This document shows, one piece after another, positions 58,908 through 64,000 of a DNA stretch of 64,000 bases. The stretch lies in the IMG/VR virus record IMGVR_UViG_3300049215_000686, positions 1-64,000 of that record; one strand, given 5' to 3'. Position numbers and translations under genes: made by a program. How positions within the stretch are numbered: position 1 is the first letter of the stretch; the number at the start of each line of letters is the position of its first letter. A model generated the notes under the pieces. It saw nothing but the letters and a program-made list of their open reading frames with translations. It ran no database searches and was not told the origin of the DNA. Source of the DNA: a virus.

Positions 58908-59497
58908 GTAGTAACCGCCTGAGTGATATTAAAAAATGCATCATAAGTAAGGGTTACCGTGCTCACCAATATGTTTTTATAAAAGTACTGAGTCTGAGTC
59001 ACGTTGCCGTAAGCATCAAAAGAATTAATAATTTTATCAAACGGCTGTTTAACGAGGCCATTGGCCGGAGCCACAGGAAGAGGATTGTCGGGAGTAATAT
59101 GTTGCCCGAAAGAATCAACGAGAACTTCCCGCTGAGCAACCGCTGGCTCTTCTTCGTAAATTTGTCTTTGGATTTCATTTAATGGTATTGCGTTTCTATT
59201 TTGCTCTGGTGCAAAAACACTTGAAGTTAAACCGTAGGATGAAACGTCTACTCGATCCAAAAGAGGAGCACCGACCCTGCCGACTTCGATCACCGGGAAA
59301 ATGGTCGTGCTTCCAGAAGGAGCGCCAGTTACTTTTTTTATTTCAAGAGCAATTTCGGGTAAAATCGGATCCCGAAGTTGAATGCGCTGTTTGACGTGAA
59401 GTCCCAGTGCAGAAGAAAGCGTCAATTTTCCGTCCGAAGTTCCGGAGGAAACGACGGAATAAGGCCCTGTAGCGAGCCACTTTTTTTCGTTTGCCAT
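58904..59497 (-). CDS. Structural protein
   Basis: Coupled to the fibre operon. Confidence 0.55.
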   Translation of the reverse strand: MANEKKWLATGPYSVVSSGTSDGKLTLSSALGLHVKQRIQLRDPILPEIALEIKKVTGAPSGSTTIFPVIEVGRVGAPLLDRVDVSSYGLTSSVFAPEQNRNAIPLNEIQRQIYEEEPAVAQREVLVDSFGQHITPDNPLPVAPANGLVKQPFDKIINSFDAYGNVTQTQYFYKNILVSTVTLTYDAFFNITQAVTT

Positions 59498-59722
59498 AAC
59501 CCATTTCCCAAAAACCTAAAGACACGACCCTTGTCGTATCACTTAGGATTATCCGGCTTTTCGGGTAGGTCAGGGCCGCTTCGAATATAAAGATCAATCT
59601 CAAAACAGAATTTAAGATCATGCCCCTTTTGGCAAAAGAATTCTTCAATCGCCCGAAGCCATGACCTTTCCAGCAAATAAGGATCACAAATAGAAGAAGG
59701 GCCATTGATGGACTGCACCCCG

Positions 59723-60676
59723 TCAGCTGGAGGGATTTCCCGGCAGTATCATGACCGGCTGAAGACCCAGTTTTTGTAGCTGCTTCCGTTCAGCCAGTTT
59801 CTCAAACTCCTCCGGGCTGAAATAGCCCAGAGAAGAGTGGATGCGTTTCTCGTTATACACAGACTCAATGAATCGAGGAACAGCTTTCAGCACGTCCTCG
59901 AGCGTTTCGTACTCCGTCAGGTACACCTCCTCAGCTTTCAGGGTTTTGAAGAACGTCTCCGCGAAGGCGTTGTCGTAGCAGTAGCCCTTGGCGGACATGC
60001 TGGGCACGATCCCGCACTCGGCCAGTCGGCCCTTGTAGGCGTCGCACGCGTACTGGACTCCGCGGTCCGAGTGATGGATCAGTCCGGATGCGGGTTTCCG
60101 CCTCTGGATGGCGATGTTCAGCGCCTCCAGGCAGAGCTCCGTATCGATCTTCGCTGAGATCGCCCAGCCGACGACCCGACGAGAGAACAGATCCAGGATC
60201 GTCGCCAGGTAGACGAAGCCCGAGAGAATCCGGATGTAGGTGATATCCGCCACCCACACCTGGTTAATCCCGGTGATTCGTCTGCCTGGCAGAAGATTCT
60301 TGGCATAGCCGAAATTATGGTCGGGGTCGGTCGTCTTGATCTTCCAACCACGCCAAATCAGGGCTTTTAGGCCGTATTTCTTCATGATCCTGAGAATCCG
60401 TTTCTCGTTGATCGTGATGCCGCGCTTGCGTTCGAGCCATTCGTGGAGTCGCCGGTACCCGTAGAACGGGAACTCCCGTTGGGTCTCCTCGATCAGATCC
60501 CGAACGTCAGCGTCCGCCTGCGCTCGCTCTACCGGGTCCCTCTTGGGCCTGTAGTAGTAGCTGGAGGGGGCAAGGCCAACGGTTTTGCAGGCTTCTGATA
60601 CTGAGCCAAGTTCCGTGACGTGTAGATCAACGAATCTTCGCTTTTGAGCCGCTGTTTGAAGGCCTCCACTTTTTTT
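59723..60676 (-). CDS. IS3 OrfB DDE integrase domain (reached by -1 frameshift)
   Basis: YGYRR, WVADITY, HSDRGVQY, DNAFAETFF, YNEKRIHSSLG. Confidence 0.9.
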   Translation of the reverse strand, partial: KKSGGLQTAAQKRRFVDLHVTELGSVSEACKTVGLAPSSYYYRPKRDPVERAQADADVRDLIEETQREFPFYGYRRLHEWLERKRGITINEKRILRIMKKYGLKALIWRGWKIKTTDPDHNFGYAKNLLPGRRITGINQVWVADITYIRILSGFVYLATILDLFSRRVVGWAISAKIDTELCLEALNIAIQRRKPASGLIHHSDRGVQYACDAYKGRLAECGIVPSMSAKGYCYDNAFAETFFKTLKAEEVYLTEYETLEDVLKAVPRFIESVYNEKRIHSSLGYFSPEEFEKLAERKQLQKLGLQPVMILPGNPSS

Positions 60677-60930
60677 AGGAGGTCGATGGTCATCGTCAGC
60701 TCGCCGATCTTGGACTTGAGCTTCTCGTTTTCGCGCTCCAGTTCTTTCTCCCGGTCGCCGGCCTTGGGACTCAGAGTCCCCGCCGTATAACGCTGGATCC
60801 ACCCCTCGACCACCGTCCGCTGGAGCTGGTTCTCGCGGCAGATCCCTGCCACGTCCTGGATTCCCGCCTCGATTCGCTGGCAGACCTGGATCTTGAAACT
60901 TACGTCGAACTTTCTTCGGATCTTTCCCAT
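60529..60930 (-). CDS. IS3 OrfA (HTH)
   Basis: RRKFDVSFK..W..LERENEKLK. Confidence 0.85.
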   Translation of the reverse strand: MGKIRRKFDVSFKIQVCQRIEAGIQDVAGICRENQLQRTVVEGWIQRYTAGTLSPKAGDREKELERENEKLKSKIGELTMTIDLLKKVEAFKQRLKSEDSLIYTSRNLAQYQKPAKPLALPPPATTTGPRGTR

Positions 60931-60999
60931 ACTGGATTACTCCTATATCACAGTCACTGGAACTCCGCTCCAGTGGCTGATTTCAGGGGCTTTATCCAG

Positions 61000-61206
61000 T
61001 CATAAAACCTTCAGGAAAAACTCTCCAGTTTTCGGGGTGCAGTCCATGATATAATGCCAAATCACCCGTTCTTTGATCTTGTTTTCGTCAAAATCGGGCA
61101 AATCAACAAATTTCAAAATAGCCTTGGGATATCCATGAGTTTTAGAAAACTCACGAATCGAGGAAAGAACCAAATTAGAGATAAACCTAGAGTCTTGCTG
61201 CGACAT
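61000..61206 (-). CDS. Hypothetical protein
   Basis: ORF only. Confidence 0.4.
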   Translation of the reverse strand: MSQQDSRFISNLVLSSIREFSKTHGYPKAILKFVDLPDFDENKIKERVIWHYIMDCTPKTGEFFLKVL

Positions 61207-61390
61207 CCTTTAACAACTCGGCGCGATCGGAATAAACACGGCACTCCATAATCGTTTCATCACCACCACAAAGCGCCCTTAAAACATAACCGTTATCTAC
61301 TTTCTCAATAATAAGGCAATCCAATCCAGATCCACCGTCTCCGCCACCGAATTGAGGCCTAAGTTCGGTGATTTTGTTCATAGTGCTCAT
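61187..61390 (-). CDS. Hypothetical protein
   Basis: IEKVDNGYVL pattern; RBS AGGAG. Confidence 0.55.
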   Translation of the reverse strand: MSTMNKITELRPQFGGGDGGSGLDCLIIEKVDNGYVLRALCGGDETIMECRVYSDRAELLKDVAARL

Positions 61391-61404
61391 CGCTGTTTCT
61401 CCTT

Positions 61405-61848
61405 TTAGGGTTTAAAAAACCTTAAATGTCCGGGCAATACCTGTCTTGTGTCTAAATGCACCCAGTTCGCCCCGAATCCATTATCTTCCATCCTTAGATC
61501 CCATTCATTCAGTTTGCCGTTTTGAAAGATCGCCTTTTTCACTTCATCGCAAGAAATGCCTTGAATATGAAAATCGACTGCGGCAACCCCTGGTTCTAAA
61601 GCCATATGAGAAGAATTAGCCGCCCCCTTAACAAGTTCGTTGTATTTTTGGGGGCGATAGGCCACATGGACCAAAATAGGATGACCAAAATACTCCCGAA
61701 CCTTATCCATCTTTGAAAAGACAGATTTTAAGTTAGATAAAACCGAATCGGTAAGGCCATCAGAGGCTTCAGCATGTCTTCCCCAAGAAGGAAGCCATAA
61801 GGCCTCATGAACCGTAAAATAAGAAGAAATTAGAGAAGAGTAATCCAT
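61405..61848 (-). CDS. Peptidase M15A (endolysin-like)
   Basis: YR...N..VKGAANSSH..AVD..WVHLD. Confidence 0.8.
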   Translation of the reverse strand: MDYSSLISSYFTVHEALWLPSWGRHAEASDGLTDSVLSNLKSVFSKMDKVREYFGHPILVHVAYRPQKYNELVKGAANSSHMALEPGVAAVDFHIQGISCDEVKKAIFQNGKLNEWDLRMEDNGFGANWVHLDTRQVLPGHLRFFKP

Positions 61849-62351
61849 TAAGCGTCATCCCACTCCCGCTTAGTCCCAGGAGCGTTCCAATAAGAACAGC
61901 ACATTTTCTCAACCCCATCTTTGAGGCGCTGATTGACTTCTGGATGCTTACAAAAAGAATTTAAGATATCGACAAAATGGCAATTAGAACATTTCACGCC
62001 GTCTTTGACACTGGGCGGGAAAGTTACCAAATCAGCCTTTTCAGCACGCTTCAAATCCTCTTTTTCGGATTTTAAAAGCCCTGACTCTTTCATCGATTCC
62101 GCCAATTGTCTTAGTTTTTCAGGATCCGTGGCTTCTAACATCTCAGCCGCCGCCTTAAAGCGCTCCATGCGATTATCGATCAGTGTCAATTTCTCAAGAA
62201 TATGAAGGGGTAAAGGGCTGGTTTTCGGATTAAGAATCTGAATGAGTTGGGAGAGCATTGCGGTCAGTTCGGGATCATCGACCAGATCTTCCGCAGAAAC
62301 CGATCCCACAACCCGAGCAAGCAAATCTAATAGTTCCTGGTCCTTAAGCAT
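61848..62351 (-). CDS. Protein with a C-terminal HiPIP-like Cys cluster
   Basis: CSNC..C..CCSYW after an LLKS/AEKA linker. Confidence 0.5.
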   Translation of the reverse strand: MLKDQELLDLLARVVGSVSAEDLVDDPELTAMLSQLIQILNPKTSPLPLHILEKLTLIDNRMERFKAAAEMLEATDPEKLRQLAESMKESGLLKSEKEDLKRAEKADLVTFPPSVKDGVKCSNCHFVDILNSFCKHPEVNQRLKDGVEKMCCSYWNAPGTKREWDDA

Positions 62352-62363
62352 GTTCTCATCGTA

Positions 62364-64000
62364 CTATGCCGTTTCTAGGCGACTTTCTTCGGCTTCATAA
62401 ACAACCCGAATCACCTTTGAAAACATAGCCTTAAACTCGCTGGAGTGATCAATCACCAAAACCGGGCGAGTCTTAGAAACTTCCTCCAAAAGAGCCATGG
62501 CTTCAGTTTTACCTACCACATCAAGGCCACCCAAAACTTCATCTAAGAGGAGAGGAAGCCCTTCACCCGCTGCCTCGGCGATGGCAATGTCATAAGCCAA
62601 AGCGGCCCGCTCCTCCATCCCGCCAGAAAGATCATCTAAAGGCACTTCGGAACCATTTTTCACCATAATCGGCTTTAGAATGAGTTTTTGATTGCCCTTA
62701 GAGTCTTGCGAGAGTTGCTCTAGATGAGTGGAATAAACGCTATCGGTCATAATGCCCAAAAGTTGCCCAGCCCGATCGCTGATCCTTTCAATCAGACCAT
62801 CAAAGCAGACCGCACGATATCCCTTTGAACCAAAGATATCGACCAGATCCAAAGATTCGTTAAGATCCAGTTTTGTTAAATTGAGTCCTGATTGAGCCTT
62901 TTTAAGTTCCCCGTCGAGTTTGGAGAATTGAATTTCTAATTGGTTATATACTTCACAATTTGAATGAAGCGCACGTTCCAAATGAGAAAGTTCCGTATAG
63001 GCCTTCTCGACTTCATGTTGAAGAACCATTTGCTGATCTTTGTATTTCCTTAAAATAGAATCCTTAAGTGCTTGAGCGTCTTTTTTGAGAGACCTTTCCT
63101 CAGATTTCTTCTGTTCCATTTTTAATCGCAATTGATCCAGTTCCAGTTTCATCTGATGAGGAGGAGCCTCAGCCGCCGATTTCGCCAAATAAAGTCGCTG
63201 AACTGCTTCTTCCTGCTCTTTCTCAAGAGCAAAAATATCGGGAACCTCCCCTAGCCGACCAATTGTTTCTAAAATAGAGTCCGCCAAAGATTCATACTTC
63301 AGCGTTTCTTCTTCCCTGGCTTCTTCAGGAAGAAGTTGTTTGCATTGCGAACAAGAACCCTGAGCAGACGAATGGGCTAGGTTTTTAGCGTTTTGATAAT
63401 CCCATTTTAGCCGCTCGATCCTGTTTTTTAATTGAAGAGCATCTGACAGTCTCTTTTTTAGATCTTGAACGGTAGCCTCCGCCAAAACCGTATTCTGATC
63501 CTTTTTTGGAACTGGATCGATTTTCTTTTGTTGAAGATCAATCTCGCCCTGAAGCACCTGAATCTGAAACCCCACATCAGCGATTTGCTCAATTAAAGGA
63601 TCGATTGCCTCGTGGACTTCTTCTTCAGATTTCTTCTTAGAATCAAAAATAAATTCATCAAGCCGCATTTCCATCCGAAACGCTTTTTCTTTTGCAAGAG
63701 AATGTTTTTTTTCGGCCTCTTTTCGATTTAAATCGGCCTTTGCCAATTGAGCCGGAAGGTCATGTAATTGGGTTTCATAAATTTCTATTTTAGTTTTGAA
63801 GGATTCAATCTTTTCTTCCGCTTCTTTTTTTAATTCTTTAGCCTTCTCAGCAGCCCGATCGAGTTCTTCAAGCCCTACCACAATTGACATCAAATCCATT
63901 CGCTCATTATCACTCATCCAATAAAAGGAGCGCGTCCGACGCTGGGGCATGTAAACACAAACTAAAAATCGCTCCGCACTCATGCCAAGCAAAATTTCAA
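62364..64000 (-). CDS. sbcC: SbcC/gp46 SMC-family recombination ATPase (5' end outside the window)
   Basis: Q-loop MPQ, coiled coils, CSQC zinc hook, LSGG, LLLDE, DH. Confidence 0.85.
   Translation of the reverse strand, partial: EILLGMSAERFLVCVYMPQRRTRSFYWMSDNERMDLMSIVVGLEELDRAAEKAKELKKEAEEKIESFKTKIEIYETQLHDLPAQLAKADLNRKEAEKKHSLAKEKAFRMEMRLDEFIFDSKKKSEEEVHEAIDPLIEQIADVGFQIQVLQGEIDLQQKKIDPVPKKDQNTVLAEATVQDLKKRLSDALQLKNRIERLKWDYQNAKNLAHSSAQGSCSQCKQLLPEEAREEETLKYESLADSILETIGRLGEVPDIFALEKEQEEAVQRLYLAKSAAEAPPHQMKLELDQLRLKMEQKKSEERSLKKDAQALKDSILRKYKDQQMVLQHEVEKAYTELSHLERALHSNCEVYNQLEIQFSKLDGELKKAQSGLNLTKLDLNESLDLVDIFGSKGYRAVCFDGLIERISDRAGQLLGIMTDSVYSTHLEQLSQDSKGNQKLILKPIMVKNGSEVPLDDLSGGMEERAALAYDIAIAEAAGEGLPLLLDEVLGGLDVVGKTEAMALLEEVSKTRPVLVIDHSSEFKAMFSKVIRVVYEAEESRLETA

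Larger units (their letters stand above)
59709..60998 (-). mobile_element. IS3-family (IS150-like) insertion sequence
   Basis: TGGA..CCCC imperfect IRs with TG...CA ends; orfA/orfB; A7G slippery site at 60669-60676; GC-richer than its flanks. Confidence 0.9.

Noticed and set aside
1262-63992. Alternative genetic code
   Set aside because: Long conserved genes are intact in the standard code; the breaks are frameshifts, not in-frame stops

Overview
Almost the whole window is a segment of a large contractile-tailed (myovirus-type) phage genome, probably a prophage or phage-plasmid, since it carries IS insertions, several frameshifted genes and a parS-like site. The host is unknown; Bdellovibrionota or a deltaproteobacterium is a weak guess. 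Minus-strand blocks encode a class II RNR, baseplate, tape measure, tail chaperones, sheath, three tube paralogues, neck/adaptor proteins, a tail fibre, an M15 endolysin, SbcC and a tRNA(CAT). A mostly plus-strand early/accessory region (13.5-35.8 kb) encodes an AAA/DUF3150-like/VWA triad, rIIA, a tyrosine recombinase, ClpX and two HNH nucleases, and contains a long non-coding stretch. The best candidate for a new system sits in the head/neck gene block: a 903-aa modular protein with a T3-type SAM-lyase-like domain, an HEXXH zincin and an SGVSGTG/HGH domain, overlapping a gene for an mCpol-like (Cas10-palm) nucleotide cyclase. Both are punctuated by phi-x-K-[S/A/G] motifs that could be capsid-maturation cleavage sites, which suggests a virion-delivered anti-defence cargo. 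Also notable are a sigma54-preceded structured RNA of about 390 nt, a pseudoknotted leader RNA, and a 1,449-bp IS1-like element with a 9-bp TSD and two passenger genes. All calls come from reading the sequence and recalling motifs; no searches were run.
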